Below are positions 39,139 to 47,536 of a stretch of 64,000 nt of DNA, in pieces. Each line of letters opens with the position of its first letter. Position 1 is the stretch's first letter. Origin of the DNA: a virus (Duplodnaviria; Caudoviricetes); the IMG/VR virus record IMGVR_UViG_2931736537_000001, positions 64,001-128,000 of that record; one strand, 5' to 3'. The notes under the pieces were generated by a model, which saw only the letters and a list, made by a program, of their open reading frames with translations, searched no databases and had not been told where the DNA came from. The translations under genes were made by a program, and so were the position numbers.

Positions 39139-39168
39139 TTCCAACTTTACAACGCAGCGTTGTAACGT
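39139..39168 (+). promoter_or_regulatory. Promoter with operator
   Basis: TTCCAA-ct-TTACAACG-cag-CGTTG-TAACGT. Confidence 0.85.
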
Positions 39169-39209
39169 CGTGATCGCCAGGAACGCACCGCCGCACGAAG
39201 GGATACGAG

Positions 39210-39461
39210 ATGCACCTCGACCGCGTCACCGCCGACAAGGTCTTCGAGGCCGCCTGCCAGGCCCGGTTCCACCCCACCGGCCACCTCGGGATGACCGCCC
39301 AGGTGTTCATCGACGAGTACACCTACCGGATCTGCATCACCGACGAGCGCCCCGCCCGCACCGACCTTCGGGCGGGCTGGGGCGACGCCGAGGAGGCCCT
39401 CGCCGAGGCCACCCCCGAGCAGGACCGGGCGCTGCGCGAGGCGATCGCCAGCCCTGCGTAG
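39210..39461 (+). CDS. Small hypothetical protein (paralog of 38056-38310)
   Basis: Shared TAD.VF.AA...LGMTA...EQDRALR.AIA. Confidence 0.8.
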   Translation: MHLDRVTADKVFEAACQARFHPTGHLGMTAQVFIDEYTYRICITDERPARTDLRAGWGDAEEALAEATPEQDRALREAIASPA

Positions 39462-39472
39462 CCACACCCCCA

Positions 39473-39505
39473 GGGGCCCGCCTCGAGGCAAGCGAGGCGG
39501 GCCCC
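39473..39505. repeat. Hairpin with CG-AGGCAAG-CG loop (3)
   Basis: Perfect 13-bp stem. Confidence 0.85.
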
Positions 39506-39564
39506 GCCGCCTGTGACGCAGGGCTCCGATCAGCGGGCTTCTTCAAGAGATCGGCCGACCCGAC

Positions 39565-39594
39565 TTCCCACCTTACAACGCTCCGTTGTATAGT
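39565..39594 (+). promoter_or_regulatory. Promoter with operator
   Basis: TTCCCA-cc-TTACAACG-ctc-CGTTG-TATAGT. Confidence 0.85.
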
Positions 39595-39644
39595 TGTGGT
39601 GTTGGCAGGGCGGGGAACCGCCCACGGACGAACGAGGAGCGACC

Positions 39645-39983
39645 ATGGACAACACCAGGCGCCACGCCCGGATCTGCATCCACCTCGCACAGCGGGAGGT
39701 CACCGAGGCCCACGGTCCGGTGACCGACCTGGATGCCACCGAGCGCCGCTGGCGGCGCGAGGACCTGGCCTCCGCCTTCCGCGACTACCGCGAGATCCGC
39801 GTACAGGGAGTCGGGGCGACCTGGCGCGAGGCCCTGCAGGACGCAGCCTCCCGAGGCCGCTTCAACCTCACCCCCTACGACGGCAACCTGGACGACGCGC
39901 GCGACGCCCTGGCGCGCGGCGCCATATGGGACTTCACCGCCACCCCGAACGGGACGGCGCTCGTAGGCCCCCTGGCCTTCTAG
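39645..39983 (+). CDS. Hypothetical protein
   Basis: GAGGAG RBS. Confidence 0.75.
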   Translation: MDNTRRHARICIHLAQREVTEAHGPVTDLDATERRWRREDLASAFRDYREIRVQGVGATWREALQDAASRGRFNLTPYDGNLDDARDALARGAIWDFTATPNGTALVGPLAF

Positions 39984-40146
39984 CCCGCCCCCCTGGCCGC
40001 CCGGCCCCCACCGGGCGGCCTTCCCCGTTGCGGCCAGCAAGCGGGGCGCCCGGCGCCTTCACGGGCGCACGTGACCCCGACCGGCCTCGATCCCGAGGTC
40101 GACGCTACGGGGCCGGCATGTCGGCCCAGGAAGATCGCGCACGCGC

Positions 40147-40176
40147 TTCCATCGTTACAACGCTCCGTTGTATAGT
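40147..40176 (+). promoter_or_regulatory. Promoter with operator
   Basis: TTCCAT-cg-TTACAACG-ctc-CGTTG-TATAGT. Confidence 0.85.
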
Positions 40177-40235
40177 TGATCTCGAAGGGGACGGGGAAGG
40201 CCCCCGGACCTTGATGCACACAGAGGGAGCGCAGC

Positions 40236-40448
40236 ATGCACGAGATGACGGTCGCCGAACTGATCGAGCAGCTCGAGGAGATGGACCCGGAGGCGACGGT
40301 GCGCCTGGCCATTCAGCCGACCTACCCCTTCGAGCACAGCCTCGCCAAGGCGGTCCAGGCCGAGGACGGCACCTGCTACCTCGCCGAGGGCGAGCAGCTG
40401 GGCTACCTCAGCGACCGGGCCAGCGAGGACATCGGCTGGGGCCGCTAG
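40236..40448 (+). CDS. Small acidic phage-type protein
   Basis: MTVAELIEQLE..DPEATVRLA.QP.YPFE motif; GGAG RBS. Confidence 0.8.
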   Translation: MHEMTVAELIEQLEEMDPEATVRLAIQPTYPFEHSLAKAVQAEDGTCYLAEGEQLGYLSDRASEDIGWGR

Positions 40449-40459
40449 CTCGGACACGC

Positions 40460-40492
40460 AGGGCCCGCCCCGAGGCAAGCGGGGCGGGCCCT
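40460..40492. repeat. Hairpin with CG-AGGCAAG-CG loop (4)
   Basis: Perfect 13-bp stem. Confidence 0.85.
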
Positions 40493-40549
40493 CGCTTTCG
40501 TTGCCCCGCGGGCCCCCTTCGGGCCGGCCCGGAAAGATCCCGAACCGAC

Positions 40550-40579
40550 TTCCATCGTTACAACGCTACGTTGTATAGT
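40550..40579 (+). promoter_or_regulatory. Promoter with operator
   Basis: TTCCAT-cg-TTACAACG-cta-CGTTG-TATAGT. Confidence 0.85.
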
Positions 40580-40625
40580 TGGGGTGCGAGCGGGGGACGG
40601 CCCCGGAAGACGGAAGGGAAGCGCG

Positions 40626-40850
40626 ATGCTGTACATGCTCAAGGAACTCGACTCCAAGGGCCGCATCTTCCAGGACGACGACACGACCGAGTACTTCAGC
40701 GCGGCCGACTACGGCAGCGACGACGCTGCGAAGGCAGCCGCGATGGACGCGTACAACTGGCGGGTCCGCCAGACCGACGAGGCTTGGGGTGACGGGGTCG
40801 GCAAGACCCGGTGGACCCTCCTGGAGTGGGGGCCCGGGCCCAAGCCCTAG
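40626..40850 (+). CDS. Small hypothetical protein
   Basis: Purine-rich RBS; follows the promoter. Confidence 0.7.
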   Translation: MLYMLKELDSKGRIFQDDDTTEYFSAADYGSDDAAKAAAMDAYNWRVRQTDEAWGDGVGKTRWTLLEWGPGPKP

Positions 40851-40860
40851 CACTCACGCT

Positions 40861-40891
40861 CGCAGCCCCGGCCCGCCTGGCCGGGGCTGCG
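40861..40891. terminator. Hairpin between the convergent small gene and terL
   Basis: cgcagccccggcc-cgcct-ggccggggctgcg. Confidence 0.7.
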
Positions 40892-40895
40892 CCGC

Positions 40896-42455
40896 TCACC
40901 GGCGCCCGTTGAGGCGTCCGTCGCGGTAGCTGCCCGTCCCGCTGTCCACGGCCGCCGGGTTGGCCAGCTCGGTCAACGCGTGCACGCAGGCGTCCATCCG
41001 GTCCGGCGAGTCGAGACCCGGCATCCAGGTGACCATCTGTACCTCGAGCCCCGGCCACTCCCCCACGTGCCTGACCCGACCCTGCTCGTACAGCTGGGCG
41101 ATCGGCTCGGCCCTCAACCTTTTGCCCTGCTTGGCGGTCACGGGCACGATCCGCGGGCGCAGCACGCCAGCGACCTCGGGACCCGCAGCGCGGACCATCT
41201 CCTCCCAGCCCTGGACGAGCACCTGCCTCGTCATGTCGCCGCCGAAGTTGGACTCGACGACCATGGCGTCGGCCTGGACCTCGAGGGCGAGTTCGCACGC
41301 CGCTCGTCCCCAGTCGGCGGCGCCCATCTTCCCTGAGCGGTCGGCCAGGACGTACAGGTTCCCGGCCGCGTCGCGTCCGGCGGCCACGATGCCGACCTCG
41401 TCGCTGTCCTCGCCGCCACCGGCCGGGTCCACGGCGACCACGACCCGGGTGAGCTGGACGCCGCGCAGCTGCTCGGCGCTGACGCGGTGCCGGCGGATCC
41501 ACTCCCACTTCCAGATGCCACCCTCGAGCGGCCTGGGCTGCTGCTGGTACAGCGCCCACCAGCCACGCTCCCCGACCTCGTCGCGGAAGTCCTGCAGGTG
41601 CTCGAGGCCGAACCGCTCGGGCCACAGCGGCTCGCCGAGGGCGCGGCCGAGGGCGTCGTCGGCGCTGTCGGCGATCGCCGGCAGGTTGATGACGGTCCAG
41701 CGGGCGCTGTCCCGGGCGGCGTCCTGCGTCAGGATGCGGCCAGCCAGGTCGTTCTCACTCCAGCGGGTCTGGATGACGACGATGGACCCGTTCGGCTCCA
41801 TACGCGTGTTGAGGACCTGCTGCCACCAGTCCCACAAGTCGCCCAGCACGGTCGGGGAGGCCGCGGCCTTCGCGTCCTTCAGCGGGTCGTCGACGATGGC
41901 CAGGTGCGCGCCCATACCGGTCAGCGAGCCGCCGACGCCGGCGGTGACGAGGCCACCGGGCCCGCCGGTCAGGTCGAAGCGCCCGGCCGCCTTGGAGCCG
42001 TAGCGCAGGGATATGCCGAGCTGGTCCTCGTACTCGTTGATGGAGTCGCGCAGCCAGCGGCCGTGTCCCTCGGCGAGGACCGCGCTGTAGGAGGCGATCA
42101 TCAGCCGGTGGGTAGGGTTGCGCCGCAGGTACCACAGGGGCGCCCAGCGCGCCGCGCGCTGCGACTTGCCGTGCCGGGGCGGCATGTTCAGCAGCAGCCG
42201 GACTCGTTCACCGCGGGCGATGCGGATGAACGCCTGGTCGATGAGGTTGAGGTGCCGGGCCTGCAGCTCCCGGCCGTTGGTCAGCAGCGCGGCCAGGGAC
42301 CCCGGGGAGCGGTCCATGGCCATCTCACGCTCGACCTGGGCCAGGCGCATGCGCATGTCGGGTGAGGCGCTGCGGGCGATGGCCAGGCGTTGCTGGCGGG
42401 GCAGCGTGCGGTAGCGCTTGAGGAGACGTTCCTCCTGGTCCGGCGCCTGCATCAT
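40896..42455 (-). CDS. terL: Terminase large subunit
   Basis: Walker A MPPRHGKS, IVDDPLKD, QTRW, YQQQP, nuclease VAVDPA and SPDRMDA. Confidence 0.93.
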   Translation of the reverse strand: MMQAPDQEERLLKRYRTLPRQQRLAIARSASPDMRMRLAQVEREMAMDRSPGSLAALLTNGRELQARHLNLIDQAFIRIARGERVRLLLNMPPRHGKSQRAARWAPLWYLRRNPTHRLMIASYSAVLAEGHGRWLRDSINEYEDQLGISLRYGSKAAGRFDLTGGPGGLVTAGVGGSLTGMGAHLAIVDDPLKDAKAAASPTVLGDLWDWWQQVLNTRMEPNGSIVVIQTRWSENDLAGRILTQDAARDSARWTVINLPAIADSADDALGRALGEPLWPERFGLEHLQDFRDEVGERGWWALYQQQPRPLEGGIWKWEWIRRHRVSAEQLRGVQLTRVVVAVDPAGGGEDSDEVGIVAAGRDAAGNLYVLADRSGKMGAADWGRAACELALEVQADAMVVESNFGGDMTRQVLVQGWEEMVRAAGPEVAGVLRPRIVPVTAKQGKRLRAEPIAQLYEQGRVRHVGEWPGLEVQMVTWMPGLDSPDRMDACVHALTELANPAAVDSGTGSYRDGRLNGRR

Positions 42456-42495
42456 CAGGGGCTCCGTGCACCCCCGCGCACCCTTACATGATCTC

Positions 42496-42897
42496 TCAGA
42501 TCGGCGGGTCTTCGATCAGCGCGAGCAGTTCCTCCAGCTCGTCGTCGGTGACGGCCGCGGGGTCGGAGAGCGTGCCGGTGCTGTCCATTCGGGCCGGGAC
42601 GCCGAGACCGAGGCGGCGTTCCCGGCTGTCGAGGATCGCCAGGGTCGCGGCGATGGCGTCGAGGTTGCCGGCGGCGGCGCGGTGCCAGATGGCGTGCTGG
42701 AGTTCGTCCAGCGAGTGCTGGTCGGCCTGGTGACGGGCGGCGGGCTCGAGCGGGTCGGCGTCGTCGAGGGCCGCGGCGAACGCCGCGGCGGCGCTGGCCG
42801 TGTCCGGGTAGTCCAGCTCCTGGGCGAGCGACTCGAAGTCGTCGCCGGCCAGGCGGCGGCGGATGAGTTCCGCCTGCCGCTGGTCGAGGTGCCGCAT
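42496..42897 (-). CDS. Terminase small subunit-like HTH protein (copy 2)
   Basis: RLAG.D...A..LDY.D...LD..Q...W..A..G.L.AI...L...D.R.R.LGL shared with 44699-45166. Confidence 0.65.
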   Translation of the reverse strand: MRHLDQRQAELIRRRLAGDDFESLAQELDYPDTASAAAAFAAALDDADPLEPAARHQADQHSLDELQHAIWHRAAAGNLDAIAATLAILDSRERRLGLGVPARMDSTGTLSDPAAVTDDELEELLALIEDPPI

Positions 42898-42910
42898 GCT
42901 GCCCTCCCGG

Positions 42911-43960
42911 TCAGAGGACCTTCTCCCGCAGGGTCTGGGCGATGGCTCGCATCAGGAGCGGCGGCACGGAGTTGCCGATGCGCGCCCACACCTTGTCCAC
43001 TGGGCTGTCTCCCCAGTCGTAGGCGTCGGGGAAGGACTGCAGGCGGGCGAGTTCCCGCACGCCCAGCAGGCGGTCCTCCTCGGGATGGAGCAGGCCGTTG
43101 CGGGAGGCGGAGACCTCCTTGATGAGGGTGTAGGACGGCTTGTCCCAGGCGAGGCGCTCGAGGGAGAAGAACGCCTTCTTCCCGCCGAGGTCCAGCAGCG
43201 TGTCGCCGCCGTTGCGGCCGGGCGGGATGAGGGGCGCGACGCGGGCGGCCTTGCCGGAGGGCCGCTGGAACGGGCCGGGGTCGTCCAGGCCGGCCAGGGC
43301 CTCCCGGACGGTCAGCGGCCGGTCGATGGGTGCCGGGTGGACGGGGTCCAGACCGAGGTCGCGGCGCACGCCGATGAAGATCATGCGCATGCGCTTCTGG
43401 GGGACGTGGAAGTACGAGGCGTCGACCAGGCGGGCGACGACCCGGTACCCGGGCCCGGCGGCCTTGAGCGCGCCGAGGATCTCCGCGAACAGGGAGCGCA
43501 TCTGGCCGCGGACCATGCCGGCCACGTTCTCCATGACGAAGCACTTCGGCTGCCAGTGCTCGATGCACCGGATGTACTGCCGGAAGAGCTGGTTGCGCGG
43601 GTCGTCGATCTGCCGGCGCCCGACGGTGCTGAACCCTTGGCAGGGTGGGCTGCCGTCGAACACGTCCAGCTCGCCGGGCGCCAGGCCGAGGCCGACCGGG
43701 TCCAGGGCGGCGATGTCGCCGTGGTGGAGCGGGACGTGGGGGAAGTTGCGTCGGAAGCACGCGGCGGCGTGGTCGTCCCATTCCACGGCGAGCAGTTCTC
43801 GGTATCCGGCCATGGAGTAGCCCAGGGAGCTGCCGCCCGCGCCGGCGAAGGTGGAGACCACGGTCGGTGCGTCGTCGGCGCGCGGCGCGAGGTGCGCCTT
43901 CCAGGCGTCGGCGAGGATCCGGCTGTAGTCGAGCCGGGTACGGACGACGCGCGGGCTCAC
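42911..43960 (-). CDS. DNA cytosine-5 methyltransferase
   Basis: FAGAGG, GSPPCQGFS, ENV, PQKRMR, ARLQSFP, IGNSVPP. Confidence 0.93.
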   Translation of the reverse strand: MSPRVVRTRLDYSRILADAWKAHLAPRADDAPTVVSTFAGAGGSSLGYSMAGYRELLAVEWDDHAAACFRRNFPHVPLHHGDIAALDPVGLGLAPGELDVFDGSPPCQGFSTVGRRQIDDPRNQLFRQYIRCIEHWQPKCFVMENVAGMVRGQMRSLFAEILGALKAAGPGYRVVARLVDASYFHVPQKRMRMIFIGVRRDLGLDPVHPAPIDRPLTVREALAGLDDPGPFQRPSGKAARVAPLIPPGRNGGDTLLDLGGKKAFFSLERLAWDKPSYTLIKEVSASRNGLLHPEEDRLLGVRELARLQSFPDAYDWGDSPVDKVWARIGNSVPPLLMRAIAQTLREKVL

Positions 43961-44496
43961 TTCGCGGCCTCGGCGCCGGTGAAGGAGTGCCCGCAGTTCG
44001 GGCAGGTGTGGGTGGTGGGGTTGAGGGCCTCGGCGATCGACTCGTCGAAGGCGGCAAATCCGTCGGGCAGTTCGGCGGTGAGCAGGCGCGTGACCTCCTG
44101 CTGGTTCCAGCCGGTTCCCTCGAGGTCGCCGTCGAGAGCGGCGAGCATCGTCGCGAGGTCCTCCTCGTCGTAGTAGCCCAGCTCGGCCAGCTTGTTGTCG
44201 GCCAGGTTGATGCGCCGGGCGGTGTCGTCGTCGCAGGTGATGACCTCGCACCGGCCGGTGGCGTGGCCCTCGGCCTTCAGTGCGTCGCGGGTGTGGTTGC
44301 CGGCCAGCACCACGAGGGCGTCGCCGGTGTCGCGGACGACCAAGGAGCGGTACTGCCCGTGGCGGCGGAGGGAGGCCCGGATCGCCTCGACGTCGCCGCG
44401 CCGGGGGTTGCCGGGGTAGCGGCTCAGCTCGTCGAGGGGTATCTCGCGGGTGCCGGTGTAGGTGGCGCCGGGCAGGCCGGCGCTCGTCTCGCTCAT
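43957..44496 (-). CDS. Stand-alone ParB/Srx-like protein with C-terminal CxxC
   Basis: GNPRRGD...LAGNHT..AL...LADNK; near-copy of the N-terminus of 45181-46455. Confidence 0.85.
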   Translation of the reverse strand: MSETSAGLPGATYTGTREIPLDELSRYPGNPRRGDVEAIRASLRRHGQYRSLVVRDTGDALVVLAGNHTRDALKAEGHATGRCEVITCDDDTARRINLADNKLAELGYYDEEDLATMLAALDGDLEGTGWNQQEVTRLLTAELPDGFAAFDESIAEALNPTTHTCPNCGHSFTGAEAAK

Positions 44497-44699
44497 GCGG
44501 GGCGTCCTTCGTTGTGGTCCGCGATGATGCGCCGGGCCCAGGTGTCCGGGTTCTCGAAGCCCCACCGTCGGGCGTCCCATTCGGTGGCTCGGTCGCGGAT
44601 GTCGATCCAGATGTCCAGGAGGTGGTCGCGCATGGCCGGGTCCCGGGTGCGTCGCAGCCGGGCGGCCAGGTGCGCGAAGGCGGCCGGGTGAGCGGGCAT
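44493..44699 (-). CDS. Small hypothetical protein
   Basis: Translationally coupled on both sides. Confidence 0.55.
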   Translation of the reverse strand: MPAHPAAFAHLAARLRRTRDPAMRDHLLDIWIDIRDRATEWDARRWGFENPDTWARRIIADHNEGRPA

Positions 44700-45166
44700 T
44701 AGGAGGCGTCCTCCGCGTTCTCGTCGTCGGCTGCCGTGCCCGCGGTCAGGGTGATGAGGCGCTCCAGTTCCGCCAGGTCGACGGCCTCGACCTGCAGGGG
44801 CCCGCCGTCGGCGCCGGTGATCTCCGTGCGTGCGGGCCGGTCGAGCCCGAGGAGACGGGCTCGGCGGTCGATGACCTTCAGGACGGTCTCGATTGCTTTC
44901 AGGTCGCCCTTGGCGGCCTTGGCCCATGCGGCGGCCTGCATCCGGTCCAGGCGCTGCACTTCGAGTTCGCGCAGGGTCGCCGCGGCGACGGACTCGGCTT
45001 CGAGGTTGGCCTCGAGCGCCCGGTGGACGTCCTTGGACGCCGCGCCGCGGTCTGCGTAGTCGAGCCGCTCGGCGATCGTCTGGTAGTCCATGCCGGCCAG
45101 CCGCAGCGCGATGGCCTGCGAGCGGCGTTTGGCGGTGGCGGCGCGTTGCGCCTTGGACGCGGGCAC
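44699..45166 (-). CDS. Terminase small subunit-like HTH protein (copy 1)
   Basis: RRSQAIALRLAGMDYQTIAERL...RRARLLGLDRP..EITGADGGP. Confidence 0.75.
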   Translation of the reverse strand: MPASKAQRAATAKRRSQAIALRLAGMDYQTIAERLDYADRGAASKDVHRALEANLEAESVAAATLRELEVQRLDRMQAAAWAKAAKGDLKAIETVLKVIDRRARLLGLDRPARTEITGADGGPLQVEAVDLAELERLITLTAGTAADDENAEDAS

Positions 45167-45180
45167 GGGTCAGCCCCCTG

Positions 45181-46455
45181 TCAGTCGTCCGCGGGCAGGG
45201 TGAAGTCGTGGGCCTCGCCGGTGTCCTTGAGGACGGGCAGCTCGCCGGTGTGCTCCTGGTAGCGGCGGCAGATGACATCGGCGTACCGGGGGTCCAGCTC
45301 GACGACGCGGGCGGAGCGGCCGGTGACGTGCGCGGCCATGAGCGTGGAGCCCGACCCGCCGAACGGCTCGTAGACGGTGCCGTCGGGCGGGCAGGAGTTG
45401 CGCAGGCCGGCGGTGATGAGGTCGACCGGCTTGGACGTCGGGTGCTCCGCGTTGCGCGCGGGCTTGGGAACCTCGAAGACCGTGGTCGCCGTGTTGTCGC
45501 CATACCAGCGGTCACCGCCCCGGCCCAGGCGCCCCGACCCGGCCGGGGCGTCGGTGAAGCCGTACAGGATCGGCTCGTGCCGGTAGTGGTAGTCGCTGCG
45601 GCCGAGGACCATGGTGTCCTTCGCCCAGATGAGGTTCTGCCGGACCAGCCAGCCGGCGTCCGTCATCGCGGTCTCGAACACGATGCGGGCGGTGTCGGCG
45701 TGCGCGACGTACACCGGGGCGCCCGGCTTGAGGGCGACAGTGGCCACGGCGAACGCGCCGGCGAGGAGTTCGGGCAGGTCGGTGGCGCCGTCGTTCTGGA
45801 TGGTGAGGGCGTCCTTGGTCTTGCCGACGTAGTCGACGCCGTAGGGCGGGTCGGTCCACATGGCGTCGCAGCGGTCCCCGTCGAGCATCTCCTCGACGGC
45901 CGCGACGTCGGTGGAGTCGCCGACCAGGAGGCGGTGGCGGCCGAGGATCCACACGTCGCCGACGCGGCAGTGCGGGTCGGCCGGCGCGTCGGGGATCTCG
46001 TCGGGGTCGGTGAGGGCGGCCGGCTCCTCGTCGGTGCCGAGCAGCGCGGAGACGTCCTCGGCCGAGTAGCCGGTGCCGTCGAGGTCGCCGTCGAGGAACG
46101 TCAGCAGCTCGGCCAGGGCTTCCTGGTCGTAGGTACCGAGTTCGGCGAGGCGGTTGTCGGCGAGGTTGATGCGGCGGGCCTGGTCGTCGTCGCATTCGAT
46201 GACCTCGCACCGGGCGGCGGTGTACCCCTCGGCCTTCAGGGCGTCGTGGGTGTGGTTGCCGGCGAGGATGACGAATCGGTCGTCGCCGACGGCGCGAACG
46301 ACCAGGGAGCGGTACTGGCCGTGGCGGCGCAGTGAGCCACGGATGGCGTCGACGTCACCGCGCCGGGCGTTGCCCTCGAAGCGCTCGAGCTGGTCGAAGG
46401 GGATCTCGCGAGTGCCGAGGTAGGTCACCGCGGCGGTGGGCGTGGGGGTGCCCAT
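45181..46455 (-). CDS. ParB-like domain fused to an N4/N6 DNA methyltransferase (beta class)
   Basis: TDPPY, HPTSKP, EPFGGSGST; GGAG RBS at 46455. Confidence 0.92.
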   Translation of the reverse strand: MGTPTPTAAVTYLGTREIPFDQLERFEGNARRGDVDAIRGSLRRHGQYRSLVVRAVGDDRFVILAGNHTHDALKAEGYTAARCEVIECDDDQARRINLADNRLAELGTYDQEALAELLTFLDGDLDGTGYSAEDVSALLGTDEEPAALTDPDEIPDAPADPHCRVGDVWILGRHRLLVGDSTDVAAVEEMLDGDRCDAMWTDPPYGVDYVGKTKDALTIQNDGATDLPELLAGAFAVATVALKPGAPVYVAHADTARIVFETAMTDAGWLVRQNLIWAKDTMVLGRSDYHYRHEPILYGFTDAPAGSGRLGRGGDRWYGDNTATTVFEVPKPARNAEHPTSKPVDLITAGLRNSCPPDGTVYEPFGGSGSTLMAAHVTGRSARVVELDPRYADVICRRYQEHTGELPVLKDTGEAHDFTLPADD

Positions 46456-46565
46456 GGCAACTCCGTCCACCCCCACAGTGCCGTGATCCATTTTCCCCGA
46501 GCGCGGCGGTTGTCGAGGCGGGCGTCGCGTGGCGGTGGTTCGGCGAAGGATCTCGGCTCCACCCC

Positions 46566-46595
46566 TTCCAACCTTACAACGCTCCGTTGTATAGT
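46566..46595 (+). promoter_or_regulatory. Promoter with operator
   Basis: TTCCAA-cc-TTACAACG-ctc-CGTTG-TATAGT; divergent from the packaging operon. Confidence 0.85.
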
Positions 46596-46631
46596 TGGGG
46601 TGTGAGGACGACCCGCCCCAAGGAGGCCCCG

Positions 46632-46982
46632 ATGCAGCGCACCGCCACCGCCCCCACCTGCCGCCGCTGCTGGCGCCCCCTCAGCTCCGCCCGCTCCATC
46701 GCCACCGGCTACGGCCCCACCTGCCTGCGAAAGGTCAAGGCCGCCGCCGAGACCCACGCGCAGACCAGCGGCCACAAGCCCGCCCAGGTCGCCAAGGCCA
46801 CCGAGCTGATCGAGCAGGGCGCGGTGATCCCCCTGCGGGCCCGCCGAGTCTTCCAGGTGGTCGCCTCCGACGGCCTCACCACCTACAAGACGGCCGCGCA
46901 GGCGTGCACCTGCCCGGCCGGGCGCCGCGGCGAGCACCTCTGCTACCACCGCATCGCCGCCCAGATCCTCATCGCCGCATGA
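46632..46982 (+). CDS. DUF6011-like Zn finger plus SWIM-like Zn finger protein
   Basis: CRRC.RPL....SI..GYGPTC and CTCP...CYH; AGGAGG RBS. Confidence 0.75.
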   Translation: MQRTATAPTCRRCWRPLSSARSIATGYGPTCLRKVKAAAETHAQTSGHKPAQVAKATELIEQGAVIPLRARRVFQVVASDGLTTYKTAAQACTCPAGRRGEHLCYHRIAAQILIAA

Positions 46983-47041
46983 CCGCCCTGCGGGCCCGCC
47001 GCACGGGCGGGCCCGCACCGACCCTCACGGAGGACAACCCG

Positions 47042-47536
47042 ATGACCGAGCCCGAGAAGACGTACGAGATCAGCTGGGAAGACGGCAATCAGGACATCGC
47101 GGAGTCGGTGATGTGGGCAGCCGAGGCCGGCGCCCACCTCGTCGTCACCGTTGCCGACGGCCGCACCGTCCGACTGGTGCCCGACCCGGGACCGCAGGAG
47201 CCGCCCTCGCCGCTTGACGGCATCACCGTTCAGGAGGTGTCACGCTCCACCCGGCCGTTGCGGACCATGACCGAGCAGACCCAGGTGCTGTACATCGACG
47301 GCGCCCCGAAGCTGCCCGCCGGAGACGGACACCCGGCGCTCTCCCCAGGCATCGTCTGGATCGAGTACGTCCAGGAGCCGGGGCAGCCGGTTCGGTTCAG
47401 GGCCGCGCACGTCAGCGGGTACCGCGTAGAGCACACGGGCAGCCCGGCCGACCGCGTCGTGAGCGCCAGCTTCTTCCGTACCACGCCCACGCCGTCCTGG
47501 TTGGCCGAACTGATCACCAGGTACCAGTGGGCCTGA
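47042..47536 (+). CDS. Hypothetical protein
   Basis: GGAGG RBS. Confidence 0.65.
   Translation: MTEPEKTYEISWEDGNQDIAESVMWAAEAGAHLVVTVADGRTVRLVPDPGPQEPPSPLDGITVQEVSRSTRPLRTMTEQTQVLYIDGAPKLPAGDGHPALSPGIVWIEYVQEPGQPVRFRAAHVSGYRVEHTGSPADRVVSASFFRTTPTPSWLAELITRYQWA

Larger units (their letters stand above)
12674..46455 (-). mobile_element. Siphovirus-type packaging, morphogenesis and lysis module
   Basis: terS/terL-portal-scaffold-capsid-neck-tail-TMP-tip-lysis genes in canonical order. Confidence 0.92.

Noticed and set aside
36619-40579. CRISPR array or classical integron reading of the recurring palindrome
   Set aside because: Spacing is 400-1150 bp with genes in between; no cas or intI gene; each repeat overlaps a -10 box at fixed geometry, which fits promoter/operator
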